A model generated the notes under the pieces. That model saw only the letters and a program-made list of their open reading frames with translations, was not told the DNA's origin and made no database searches. From a virus, in IMG/VR virus record IMGVR_UViG_3300003690_000011, positions 3,278-67,277 of that record: a stretch of DNA of 64,000 nucleotides; one strand, given 5' to 3'. Positions within the stretch are counted from its first letter, which is position 1. Every line of letters starts with the position of its first letter. Made by a program: the position numbers and the translations under genes. Of the stretch, positions 17,256 through 28,200 are shown piece after piece.

Positions 17256-18184
17256 TAGACTGGAGTGATGCCCCTTCTACGTGCGTTCTGTGCAGTAGTG
17301 AGAGGAGCATTCCGTAAACCCTGTCTATATCTACGCAACTTTTTGTCTCGGTCAAACTTACTTTCCACATGAGGCTCAACATCAGGAGCCTGTTCTCTTA
17401 ATCTTTCGCTAACTACTTCAGCAAGTCTATGCCAATGATCATCATCACGAACAAGTTCCATAGCTTCAGAGTTTACAGTTGCTTTTTCTCTTCGTGCAAG
17501 ACGATCTTTGTTGGCTCTAGCTCTATCGGCCTTTCTCTCTGCGGCTGTATCACCTTTTCCTGCCATAGCTTCTTCAACCCAAGGCTGATAGGCTTTACGC
17601 ATTCTAGACTCAAGCATAGTAACAAAGTTACCTTCTTTTTGTAATTTATTTTGGGTCTCTCTAGCAAACTTGGATTCAGTGGACTCCGCAAGACCAGGGT
17701 AAGCTCCTCTAGTTGAAGGATCAGCAACTAGATCAAAGGTAACTAATTTAAAATCTTCATTAACAATTTTTTGTCCTGTGTGATCTTCCGAAAGAGTGCC
17801 CATTCCTCTAGATGATATACCTATCTTTACCCCCCCATTAATTAATGCTTGAGCAGTAAGACCAGCGGGAGTTTTAAGAATTTCTGCTTCACCAATAACT
17901 TCATTCCCTACCATCTCTAGTTTAGTTAGTAGGTGTGAAGCATTAGAAAGTTTTACAGTCTCATTTTGTGGATGATCAAGCTCTCCACACAATCGACGTT
18001 CTTTAATTAGAGGTTGCAATTTTTTAATCTGTCCTTCTAACACAGCAGTAGGATAAATTCTTCCATTATTATTAGCTTCCATAGCTCTTTGGAAAGTACC
18101 CCTAATTTTCATTACCCCACCTTTAGTACCCTCATTAATAATTTGTAAATTTTCTATAACAAATACGTCTTGTAATAATTGCAT
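17255..18184 (-). CDS. gp21: Prohead protease (T4 gp21-like) with basic C-terminal extension
   Basis: NNNGRIYP, GELDHP, ASH, TPAG, GISSRGMG, DLVADPS. Confidence 0.93.
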   Translation of the reverse strand: MQLLQDVFVIENLQIINEGTKGGVMKIRGTFQRAMEANNNGRIYPTAVLEGQIKKLQPLIKERRLCGELDHPQNETVKLSNASHLLTKLEMVGNEVIGEAEILKTPAGLTAQALINGGVKIGISSRGMGTLSEDHTGQKIVNEDFKLVTFDLVADPSTRGAYPGLAESTESKFARETQNKLQKEGNFVTMLESRMRKAYQPWVEEAMAGKGDTAAERKADRARANKDRLARREKATVNSEAMELVRDDDHWHRLAEVVSERLREQAPDVEPHVESKFDRDKKLRRYRQGLRNAPLTTAQNARRRGITPV

Positions 18185-18185
18185 T

Positions 18186-18632
18186 TTATTTTCCCTTATC
18201 TAATCTACCGTCAGCGCCACCGATCCCTCGTTTTCGTCGGATAGTTCTACTGCCATATTTTTTGGCTAATTTATCCGAACCCGATCCATACCTGAGCATT
18301 GTGCGTGCAGCATGCTTTTTAATACTGGGAAAAGAGGCCGAAGGAGTTGCGCTTCCTTTAGTGAATCCTTTTGCAATCTTTCCTCTGCCACTTTTTGCTC
18401 CCCATTTCCCTTTAGAAGTAACATATAATCTACCTGCGGCCTTTGTTGACCAGATTTGCCCGTAGTAAGTTTGTCCTAATGCATGCTTTATACTTTTATA
18501 AGTTTTTACTCTCCCTTTTTGTGTTTGAGTTACTTCCTTCTTAGCTCCTTCTCTAGAGGTGTATTTTTTTCTACCTTTAACACTCCCCCTCTTAGCCTCC
18601 TCTAAACATGCAATAGTTTCAACAAGATTCAT
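18186..18632 (-). CDS. Basic (Lys/Arg/Gly-rich) head-region protein
   Basis: A short leader ending LEE, then a strongly basic body; in the head operon. Confidence 0.6.
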   Translation of the reverse strand: MNLVETIACLEEAKRGSVKGRKKYTSREGAKKEVTQTQKGRVKTYKSIKHALGQTYYGQIWSTKAAGRLYVTSKGKWGAKSGRGKIAKGFTKGSATPSASFPSIKKHAARTMLRYGSGSDKLAKKYGSRTIRRKRGIGGADGRLDKGK

Positions 18633-19147
18633 TATCTAGATATTCTACGTCTAATAGACTGGCGCAATATATTTTTTGTACTAAAATTACTAGGTAGGGT
18701 AGCCTTGCGAGCAGAAGGATATCCTTTTTGACGAGATACCACACCTTCTCCAGATTCTCCCGCTAAATTAATGCCTACCTGACCACTCCCCGTGGTTGCA
18801 GCGGTCATTTCTGATAGGAGTTCCTTTACCTCTCTAAGTAAAACAATAAGTTCCTCTACACCCTCTTCGGATAAAAGAGTGGGTTTAGGAGCTTCCTTTT
18901 CTTCTTCAGAATCCGTCCAAACTAATTGAGGAATTGCATCTACAGGAGGTGTGTCCTGTGGATGAAATGCTTCTCCTAGAATTTCCCTCATCATTGAATC
19001 AGGTACTTGTGTGCCGCGTATATCTTTTCCAGCAGGCGCAGCCGTAGGATTAGATGTAGTAGTAGAATGAAGTGATGTCTTTCCTTCCGAGATACTCTTT
19101 ACCTCATTCAGAATTAAATTTTCTGCGAAATCTGCTATATTATTCAT
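18632..19147 (-). CDS. Prohead core-type hypothetical protein
   Basis: Head operon; multiple L/I-x-E sites (LNE, ISE, LSE). Confidence 0.55.
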   Translation of the reverse strand: MNNIADFAENLILNEVKSISEGKTSLHSTTTSNPTAAPAGKDIRGTQVPDSMMREILGEAFHPQDTPPVDAIPQLVWTDSEEEKEAPKPTLLSEEGVEELIVLLREVKELLSEMTAATTGSGQVGINLAGESGEGVVSRQKGYPSARKATLPSNFSTKNILRQSIRRRISR

Positions 19148-19163
19148 TAGAATAAAAGACTAC

Positions 19164-19610
19164 TTATTCCTCTTCTAGATCGCCTAGAAGAATATCCTGA
19201 AGGGCAGCGTCAATAACTTGATCAACATCTTCTTCATCTTCATTTAATGAAGAAAGACGATCAATTAGGCTTAGGATAATATCCATGTGCTCTACAAGAC
19301 GCTCTTCATCAATAGCTTCATCTAGTTGAGAGGTGCAAAGGGGGCATACGTGGATAGCTTCTTCCTCAAGCTGCTCGCCATCACCGTCATATTCGGTGTG
19401 TGCAAAATCGGGGCGACTTTCAGACTCATCACCTTTATTGCCTCCATACTTTTGTCTCTCACTCCGCTTGGACTTTTTCTTTTTAGCCTCATCAATCTGC
19501 TCTGATTCTCCAGCTACTTTAGCTTCTGAAAGAACAATACCAATCTTACTCCAAGCAGCAGACTCTAGAAGTAGATCACGAAACTCATCATTCAATTTGA
19601 AATTTTGCAT
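19164..19610 (-). CDS. Acidic prohead core-type protein with CxxC...H motif
   Basis: Probable start is ATG 19610 (AGGA RBS) rather than TTG 19664; LLE/LSE/IDE sites; HVCPLC...EH. Confidence 0.55.
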   Translation of the reverse strand: MQNFKLNDEFRDLLLESAAWSKIGIVLSEAKVAGESEQIDEAKKKKSKRSERQKYGGNKGDESESRPDFAHTEYDGDGEQLEEEAIHVCPLCTSQLDEAIDEERLVEHMDIILSLIDRLSSLNEDEEDVDQVIDAALQDILLGDLEEE

Positions 19611-19653
19611 ATCATAAATCCTTTTTTCTTTTTGAGATGTCTTATCTCTACCT

Positions 19654-19661
19654 GTATTTAG
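19654..19661 (-). promoter_or_regulatory. Candidate late promoter (CTAAATAC) for head operon
   Basis: TAnATA recurs upstream of structural transcription units (601+, 10508-, 14031-, 16458-, 19655-, 50331-, 59453-); T4 late consensus is TATAAATA. Confidence 0.5.
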
Positions 19662-19706
19662 CAAAGTTTACTAAATAAACTGTTTTTATTTTATTTTTTG
19701 CGAGGA

Positions 19707-22550
19707 TCACTTTATTCTAGAACTTAAGGCTTCTTGGTCCTTATTAGGGGGCACCCCAAAAGAAGAGGAGTCGGGTTTAGTGGAAGAAGGAGGTAATATA
19801 TAATTCCCAATATCATCTATTCTAGACATGATTGGAGGAAATGTATCAGGGAATGTCCCCGTAGACCGTCTTCTATCTAACTGAGTATAGGTTTGTGTGT
19901 ATGAAGCGCGTGTTAAGGGGAAAATTTTAATATCATTAACCAATCCATTTTTAAGTTTATTCCACAAATAAGTAGAATTTTCTAATGTTACAAATTTATT
20001 AAATTCCATCATAGATAACCGTGAAATTACATCAAACTCAAGTAAAGCTCTTCCATTACCCTCTCTTTTTATTACATAATTTGCATCTAATTCTTGGATT
20101 ATTTCCCTAAGAAGCCGTATAGTAGTCTTAGTTCGCGCAGGTTTTTGTGTTACTAAGGACCCTACCAAATCTCCTACCCTGTAGCCTTCTTTAAAGAGAG
20201 GATTGTTGGGATTAAAAGTATTAATTCTAGCTTGTAAATTTTCAGTACTTCCATATACATCAGTAGTTCCCTCCTCATAGGCATTCTTGTATTTTAACCA
20301 TTGATTATTTTGTATAGCAAGATTATTATCAATAGTAGGTATCACATGTAAAATACGGGTTGCGGCTCCTGTAGAATTTAGTGAGTATAACCTAGATTTT
20401 TCAGAAAAAGGCAAGTATTCAGTCCTATTTCCTGGAAATAAGATGTACATCCACGGAATACATCGTGGAAATAAGTCTTCACTACCCGTATCTGTTTTCG
20501 CGGTATCCGGTGAAAAATCTTCGCGGCTAACAGAGAAGGTTTCTGTAGCTGATGCATAATAGAAAAAAGGATCATCGTGATCAATAAATTGTACTCCATA
20601 CGGTCCAAATTTATATTTAACCCATTCATCAATAGCTGAAATTCCCGCCTCAGTAGTATGATCCATCAAAGTATAGGAAGCGGTAGTATTTTTTAAAAAT
20701 GAGGAAGCTTTAGAGGTGGTAGTGATAGAGTCTAAATTTAATTTAAAGAATAATATATCAGGGGGAGGATCTTCTCCACTTAGATTTAAATTATAATTAA
20801 ATTCCAAATCCGTAGCATTTGAAGAAGAAACAGATAACGTTTTTTGACCTGTACCTCCCAATAACTTCACTACCTGCTGTTGAATAGAGATAGGAACATA
20901 ATAAGCTCGATCTACATCACTAGTAGCGTATACTCTCTGCCCATTTACAAGAATAAAATCCCCATCTTGTAAATATAAACCAGCACGGCCTATCACCTCA
21001 TTATTATCACCAATATAATATTTTGCTTCTACCCCATCTACATCAATAGCAATATACTTATTTAAATCAGTAGCTAATGTCTTCCAGTTCTTGGCTACTT
21101 CATGATGCAGGCCGTTGCTTTGTGCGGGGTCTAAAGAAATTTTATTTTTTTCCAATAATCCTAGAGCTACCACAGTATTAACCGTAGAATTTGGACTAGG
21201 AAGTACAGGAATATTTCGAGGAGACTGTTTAGCCATAGTAAGGAAAGAAAAAATCTCGTCATCATTTACAGTCCCATTTACTAATCTATTTTTAACAATA
21301 ACACTAATATCTTGATCACTCAACGGACTGCCATCCTGAAATCTAATCTGTCTTAAATTTTTTAGAAAATTTTCATTCAAACTATTAATTATATTCTCAG
21401 TAGTTAAATTTGCTAGAGCATTAGGTCTCCAATCATCAAAAGTATTATTTTTACTCTGTACATATCTTATACTTTGATGAATATTATTTCCAAATATACC
21501 GTGTGTTAGAGAATTATTATTTACTCGGGGTTCTGGAGAGGGGATATCTCGCATGAGCGCAGTTGCGGGGTTCATATATCCTGTAGGAAATTTTCGGTTA
21601 ACTTCTTGAATAAAGGATGGAGTATTTATATTTAAAAATTCTATACCTCCTCCTACTGTACTTTTAGTATTGATATTAAGGGGAGGGAGTACATAAGCGC
21701 CTGCGGTAGTACCCACTCTTCCTCTATTCCTATTTTGTGGAGCAGGTAACTGATCTTTAGTAGCTCCTCTACTCCCCCCTACTAATTTAAATCCTCCAGG
21801 AATACTTGGTGCTTCCCCCTGTGGCGGTGGGGGAAATGGAGGTGGGGGTGGAGGATCACGCCCAGGCTCCCCATCCCCACAAACCCATCGTCGGGTACGA
21901 ACAACTACATCTGCACAGCACTTCTCTCCATGGCAACATTTACCTGTACCAAGATCGGCACAATCTGATCCCAGAGTTTCATTAGCATCGTCTGAATCTA
22001 ACTGCAAACCTGGATCGCTATTAATATCATCTAGTAGCTTTTGATAAGAATCAGAGTGGCCTGGATCATTCTGACCAATTTCTTTACAAGATTGGGTAAA
22101 ACGATGATTACTCACTAACCAACAATTATTATCTCCTTCATAGTTATAAGTAAGACGCCCGCTCCCCGTAATTCTACAGTAACATTTACCACCTCCTCCT
22201 CCTGGTGTTCCTGGGGAAGGGGGTCCAGGGGTGGATGGGGCCCCCAGCCCTGGCGTTCCTGGGGAAGGGGGTCCAGGGGTCTGCGCGGCGGGAGGCTCGG
22301 GAGGAGGCCCTGGAGGTGGGGGTGGAGGTGGGGGTGGTGGAGGTTGTGGAGGTTGTGGTGGAGGTGGGGGTGGTGGAGGAGGGGGTGGTTCTCCAGGTGG
22401 GGGTGGAATTGGCGGGGGCCCCGGAATTCCAATTGTATCTATGGTAGGTTTAGGCCCAGGAATATCTATATTTATAGGAGTTGGAAAATCTGGAAAATTT
22501 AAAGCTTCCCCTTGTCCTGGGAGTAATTGTCCACACTCAAAATATGTCAC
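19707..22550 (-). CDS. Large virion-associated protein with polyproline linkers and a Cys-rich module
   Basis: 947 aa, last gene of the tail operon; poly-Pro, duplicated TPGPPSPGTPG, 10-Cys segment. Confidence 0.6.
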   Translation of the reverse strand: MTYFECGQLLPGQGEALNFPDFPTPINIDIPGPKPTIDTIGIPGPPPIPPPPGEPPPPPPPPPPPQPPQPPPPPPPPPPPGPPPEPPAAQTPGPPSPGTPGLGAPSTPGPPSPGTPGGGGGKCYCRITGSGRLTYNYEGDNNCWLVSNHRFTQSCKEIGQNDPGHSDSYQKLLDDINSDPGLQLDSDDANETLGSDCADLGTGKCCHGEKCCADVVVRTRRWVCGDGEPGRDPPPPPPFPPPPQGEAPSIPGGFKLVGGSRGATKDQLPAPQNRNRGRVGTTAGAYVLPPLNINTKSTVGGGIEFLNINTPSFIQEVNRKFPTGYMNPATALMRDIPSPEPRVNNNSLTHGIFGNNIHQSIRYVQSKNNTFDDWRPNALANLTTENIINSLNENFLKNLRQIRFQDGSPLSDQDISVIVKNRLVNGTVNDDEIFSFLTMAKQSPRNIPVLPSPNSTVNTVVALGLLEKNKISLDPAQSNGLHHEVAKNWKTLATDLNKYIAIDVDGVEAKYYIGDNNEVIGRAGLYLQDGDFILVNGQRVYATSDVDRAYYVPISIQQQVVKLLGGTGQKTLSVSSSNATDLEFNYNLNLSGEDPPPDILFFKLNLDSITTTSKASSFLKNTTASYTLMDHTTEAGISAIDEWVKYKFGPYGVQFIDHDDPFFYYASATETFSVSREDFSPDTAKTDTGSEDLFPRCIPWMYILFPGNRTEYLPFSEKSRLYSLNSTGAATRILHVIPTIDNNLAIQNNQWLKYKNAYEEGTTDVYGSTENLQARINTFNPNNPLFKEGYRVGDLVGSLVTQKPARTKTTIRLLREIIQELDANYVIKREGNGRALLEFDVISRLSMMEFNKFVTLENSTYLWNKLKNGLVNDIKIFPLTRASYTQTYTQLDRRRSTGTFPDTFPPIMSRIDDIGNYILPPSSTKPDSSSFGVPPNKDQEALSSRIK

Positions 22551-22568
22551 TTTCTTATTGTACTATTT

Positions 22569-25244
22569 CTAAATTGTAAGTTGACCTAAATTAGGGTTAT
22601 TTCCTAAATCAGTATGATGTCTATCTGAATCCATTACTAGAGATAAAGACCAAGAAACAGAAGGAAGAACACTTCTACCTACCTTAGGATTACCTTTATA
22701 ACCCTTGCAATAGGGGACGTTGCCGGGACCCACATATTCATTATTCTCAAAATTCATAATATTTTCATTCATTACGTACCAACCAGCTGTATTCCATCGG
22801 TCAACACGTACAGATCTATTCATATACATTCCATTTGGGCCGGACCCGCCACCGCCGCCGCTCTGGATGCCCCAGACAGGTATTGCCCAATAGGATACGC
22901 TCGTCCTTGGGCTCCACTCATGAGCATTCTGATTTATACTTTTTCCTGCCCACGCAACATATACGATAAAATAATCAGTGCCTTGAGCATCATTTCCACT
23001 AGGTCTTCCTTTTTCTACCCAAAGTCCCTGACAAAATCCCGCTGACTGAGTGTAGGAGGATCTGTTGAGCGACCCTCTCCCCGCTGCCCCTATACAATTA
23101 GCTAGGTTAACATTAACATGATAATCTACACAACCATTAGGTCTTGTAAAATAGATCTTTTTTTTACATAGATAAAAATAATGTGGGGCCATCATATTGT
23201 GGGTTGTGAGCGCGTTTATCTCATACATACCGTCACAATTTTTAAGTCTGCCATACGTTGCGGTATCATAGATGCCATCAAGGAGAACCGCCCCCCCTCC
23301 ATCAGAACCTTCTCCTTCCCCCATCCAACAAGCGCCATTGATCATAGGACTTTGAGTAGTATCAGACTCAGTACTAGACTTCATAGGTGTAAAAACAGGT
23401 GTTATGAAATCACCTGGATAACCTCCTGGGTGATCCAACTCCGTCCATTTACCCACCCACTCAGCAACATCCCAATCAGGCAAAACAGGAATATCTCCTC
23501 CATCAATAACACCTAAATTCGCTCCATTCTGAGAGTCAGTTCCATTAACCATTTTTTCTAGAACATCAAGATCATTTACCCCGCCTTCATCACTTCCACC
23601 CTGAGTCGCCCTGTGCATGAAATCATATAACACTCCTTCCGGCCCAAAAGCTAATCCTCCATAAATCCACCCAGTAGCTGCTTGACCTTGATGAGGAATC
23701 TCTGGAATCGCCGCCTCAACTTGATCTACTCTAATATTGAGAGCATCATTAACCCTCTTTATTTCCCAATCTACCTCCACTCGACCTACCGCAGGATTAG
23801 CTAATGAAAGTTGGGGGGTAGCTGCTGCAATCCCTGCTCTTTCATTGTAGGCTAATTCTGCTGTTCTGAATAGAGGTCTAATATCTATTACATCCGTTTC
23901 AACCACTACAGTTGAACCATTCTGTACCCAAACATAGGCTACAGGAAGAATAGACTGTCCTACTAATTCCAAAGCATTATTTTCTAATTTCTCTGATATT
24001 AGAGGAGCAATATTTAAAATATCATCGGGAGATGGAAACGATCCACGAACATCAAAAGCTACATCATTTCCTGAAGTGGCAGTAAACCCCATATCCGCAT
24101 TATTCTGATCACCAGGACTTGCCATTATTTTAGGATTGAGGTCAGCATCAGCCCCTGCTACCCTTTTATAACTATCAAGAGTTACATTAGGGTCAGTATC
24201 AGAATATCTCATACTAATACCCGCTCCTCGAACAATTCCTAAAATAGGTTTAGTTATAGTAGTTCCAGGAATATTTGCCCCAGCATCTCCTCCCCTGGCT
24301 ATCTGAGCAGCACTGGCGTCGATTGATTTACTATAAATAAATACCATATCTATTCTACTCTGAGCCCCCTCTATCTGTATTTCAGTCCCCTCTTCATCGA
24401 AATAATTAAAATCATTTGGGGAAAACGGAGGAACTTCAACAGTGATCTCCTCACTAATATCTACAATTGAAGTTCTAGCTATGCCACGCCACTTTTTAAT
24501 TAATTGAGACTCCAACATACCTAATTGAGTAAGACTATCCGTAGGAGTAAATAAAGTTTCTGCTATCCAATTATCGACAGACCCATCTGATCGCGCCCAT
24601 AGTAAAGCTTGATTAACTACGTTAGGGTTTCTCCCCACATAGTTCATCGGAGAATAGGATATGGAACCATTATGATCATGAGTATACCAATTTACTCCAG
24701 TACCATTAAGTGGAGTATCAGGTGAATATATTGGTCGAGTTGTAATTCTGTTTTCTAAACCCGTCATTCCTAAAGCATTTTGAGAAAGAAGTAAACTATC
24801 TCTAAATTTTTCTAAAACATTAACTAACAGAGTGTTCCATGACGGAGAGACTCCTGATGGAAATGCTCCAGCATTTGCGGCAGTTATCTTGAACTGTTCC
24901 ATAGCTCCAGGTAATTCACTTGCACCAATCTTTTTTAAATATTGAAGAGGTTCTTTCGTTACGCCATCATTAATACGAGCAGTAAATCTTCCTGGTTTTA
25001 CACGAATTACTCTATCGGCTCCTGTAGCATATGGGCGTAATTCATCCAAATCCCTTCGTTTTATTCCTAAAGGAGCATCAGATATTGTTCGGATTAATTG
25101 ATCTTTTAACCACTTACAATTCTCTTCCAACTGTTTGATAGGGATGTTATCTACTTCAAAGAAATAAGGATCATTAGCTTTAAAATAACGAACGGGATCC
25201 GTAAATCTATAAACACTATCTTCATAATCTAGTTCTTCTGCCAT
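22569..25244 (-). CDS. Putative tail/baseplate-associated structural protein
   Basis: 891 aa in the tail operon; its N-terminus (EVDNIPIKQLEE) resembles that of the neighbour (EQDNLPLYDLEE). Confidence 0.6.
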   Translation of the reverse strand: MAEELDYEDSVYRFTDPVRYFKANDPYFFEVDNIPIKQLEENCKWLKDQLIRTISDAPLGIKRRDLDELRPYATGADRVIRVKPGRFTARINDGVTKEPLQYLKKIGASELPGAMEQFKITAANAGAFPSGVSPSWNTLLVNVLEKFRDSLLLSQNALGMTGLENRITTRPIYSPDTPLNGTGVNWYTHDHNGSISYSPMNYVGRNPNVVNQALLWARSDGSVDNWIAETLFTPTDSLTQLGMLESQLIKKWRGIARTSIVDISEEITVEVPPFSPNDFNYFDEEGTEIQIEGAQSRIDMVFIYSKSIDASAAQIARGGDAGANIPGTTITKPILGIVRGAGISMRYSDTDPNVTLDSYKRVAGADADLNPKIMASPGDQNNADMGFTATSGNDVAFDVRGSFPSPDDILNIAPLISEKLENNALELVGQSILPVAYVWVQNGSTVVVETDVIDIRPLFRTAELAYNERAGIAAATPQLSLANPAVGRVEVDWEIKRVNDALNIRVDQVEAAIPEIPHQGQAATGWIYGGLAFGPEGVLYDFMHRATQGGSDEGGVNDLDVLEKMVNGTDSQNGANLGVIDGGDIPVLPDWDVAEWVGKWTELDHPGGYPGDFITPVFTPMKSSTESDTTQSPMINGACWMGEGEGSDGGGAVLLDGIYDTATYGRLKNCDGMYEINALTTHNMMAPHYFYLCKKKIYFTRPNGCVDYHVNVNLANCIGAAGRGSLNRSSYTQSAGFCQGLWVEKGRPSGNDAQGTDYFIVYVAWAGKSINQNAHEWSPRTSVSYWAIPVWGIQSGGGGGSGPNGMYMNRSVRVDRWNTAGWYVMNENIMNFENNEYVGPGNVPYCKGYKGNPKVGRSVLPSVSWSLSLVMDSDRHHTDLGNNPNLGQLTI

Positions 25245-28200
25245 TTAATTATCTCTCTTCAAATCAAAAATATTAGCCGATTTAAATCCTATAGTTGCAG
25301 ATGCATCTCCTTCAAAAGCTTCTGAGCCTGCATCTAGGCTATCTCTGGATCTATATAAGTATACTTTCCTAGGTCTCCCCGACATTCCTATAGAAGCATT
25401 TTTCGCATTAGCGAATAAGTTAGAGGCTGATTCATCTAACATACATTGAGTGGGGTTATCATCAACAAACTCTTTACAATAATAAAATCCAGAAGTCCAT
25501 AATTGATCTGCCACTCCGTATCCCCTTGAATCATAACTCAATTTTAATAAATTGGGATAATTACTGCTTGTTGCATTTGCCTCTCCCCATGTAGTGGTAT
25601 CAGGACTAGCCAAAGCAGATACAGGAGCCGACATATTGTAACATTGTGAGAAAATTTGATATACAGGGCCTGCAACTCCATAAAAATCATGACCCCCCAA
25701 CGCACACGCTCCATTAATATAACCACTCATATCAGCATATAAAAGTTTAGTTTCTGGTTTGGGAGAGAAGTAAAGTCTGAACACACCTTGATTGTCATAG
25801 TTAACTACCCCTGCTCCATATATCCCTGCATCTACATGCCCCATAAATCCCCGTCCTGATACAGCAATACCTGCGTCTACTAAGCGTTTAACTAAAGCCA
25901 AAGGAAGGATCCCCTCCAAAGCAGCGGCAGTACCGGCATCTCCTCGATCCACTCCCGATACAGGATAATATCTCCCAAAGGGTTCATTAAACCCAACACC
26001 AGAAGGAATTAGCCATGCACCACTTCCTGCCCCAAAAGTATCTAACACACTTAGAACACCCGTATCAGGAGTAGCAGAGGGAGCCCCAGACGCTATTATA
26101 TCACGCCCCGCACCCGGAGATACGGGGTTATTTCCTGGCACCTCAGCCGACGCCCACAATGCACTAGGACCATGATACCCCACATCATAAGGATACATTG
26201 CACTAACGGAGCAATAAGCTGCATTAAGTCTAGATGTATCAGCAATATTCCACATCATTAGGAGATTACAGGGGGTTCCACTACAACTATAGAATACGGA
26301 ATCCATGGGCGAAGTACTTGTTCCAACGGGAAAATTAACATTCATCACATTAACTACACTATCTTCGGTAGCTCGTAGACAAACTCCTCCTTTGGACATC
26401 CATGCCATCTTCTCCTCCCAGGTATTATCGTCATAATAGGATTTAACGCTAATAGCAAATTGATTACTAGAAGTATAAACATCAAAGGTGGGGGAAGTTC
26501 CTCCAGCCCCTAAGGCCGCAAATTGTGAATATGATAAATTCCTGCTAGTTGAAGAAAGATCATCCATTTCAAATCCAGTATATGCTGATTCATTCTGCGG
26601 ATTCGGGAAGAACTGTAAAGATCCGTTACGTAAAATTTCTCTGGTATCCGCATCTACAATGTAATCAGTTCCATCTGCTAGTAGAATTCGCCCCGTGGGA
26701 CTATTACCCCAAGATCCTGCATAGTCTCCTAAGTCTCTCAGATTAATTGTAGAGTTTTTATTAGCTACTAAACAAGACCTTGTTGAGTGTAACTCAACAG
26801 AAGTATGATTCCCTACGTCACTTAAATCAAAACCACTTACATCTATTGTATTGGTGGAATCGAGTTGTGGAGGAGTAATATTAATAACGGAATTATCTTC
26901 TGCCAGAACATCCACTCCAAATTGTCCAATAAATGTAGGCCCATGCAATCCTATAGTAGAATTTTTAGAGGCATACAACCCAGCAACATACCGCTGGTAG
27001 TCATATCCAGGAGGACCCATAATAAAAGTAGCTCCGTTTTTAGTTCCATAAAACTCAACATTGGAATTATTATTAGCTTGAAGAGCTAGGCCATAATGGG
27101 GAGTATTAGGAACGAAATTACTTTGTAACCTAGGTACAATAAAAGTATTTAGAAAATTTGCTTTCGAGTGATCAACTTGAATTGCAGGTGGAATTAAAGT
27201 ATTGGGAGTTTCCCCCCACCTCAGTCCCCCATGAGCAAAGAGAAAAGCAGTATTTCCATAGGAAGTGGGTATATGCACCTTCTTTTTGAAAGAAAACTCA
27301 CTGTTTGCCTGTAAATCTAAGTGCTGTCCGTTATGAGCAAAATCAGTTTGTTTATTACGGTACTGTCCAGTAGTACCAGGATTACCAGAAGTATCCACCA
27401 TTACACTAGAATTCTTTGACAATAATCCTTTTTCTTGATTACCTCCTACACACAAATCCTCATATACAAGTTGAGAATTATTTAAAGAAATTCCATCCAA
27501 ATTTCCATAGACATCAAGAAGACCTTTCAAATCAACTTGTGAATTATTTAACTCTATCCCAAATGTATTATTAAGTTCAAAGGTAGAGATACCCCCTGTC
27601 TTCGAGTTAGTAAGAACTGAACGAGGAAGACCGCCAGTAAGTTTAGAGTTATCTAAACGCATACCGAGATTATTTCGAGAAGCACACAGAATAACATCCC
27701 GACCTTCGCCCTCCCACTCACCCGCACCCGCTTCCGTAGTAGCTGTAAGTAAGGCGCTAATAGAAATATCACTATTTACTCCATGAAAACCTATACCTCG
27801 ATCAGGGAAGCGTCCCGTACTTGAAGATAATTCATAATTTCTATATGCAAATGCTGATCTTGATAAAACTACTTTTGAATTATTAAATTTAAACCCAGCT
27901 TCTTTACATCTAATAGCCGCACAATTTTCTAGAAGTACATCCGAATTTGTGATTTCTATTCCCGTTCGTTTGGGGCTGCGTAGGAGAACCGCACCCATTC
28001 CTGTTTGATTATCTCCATCAACCAAGAAATTTCGTATATAAATAGGCCCATCACAATCCTTTACACTAATTTTACTACAACGATTAAGATATGTGGACCC
28101 TCCCGCACTCGTATCAACGGCAATATCGAGTCTCTTTACAAATGTATCATCTATAGGATTAACCGCACTCATATCAAAGCCTGCGGCTATAGATGCATCT

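Noticed and set aside
22115-22572. Poly-Gly, His-rich and Val/Glu-rich ORFs
   Set aside because: Shadows of the poly-Pro region of the 947-aa gene.
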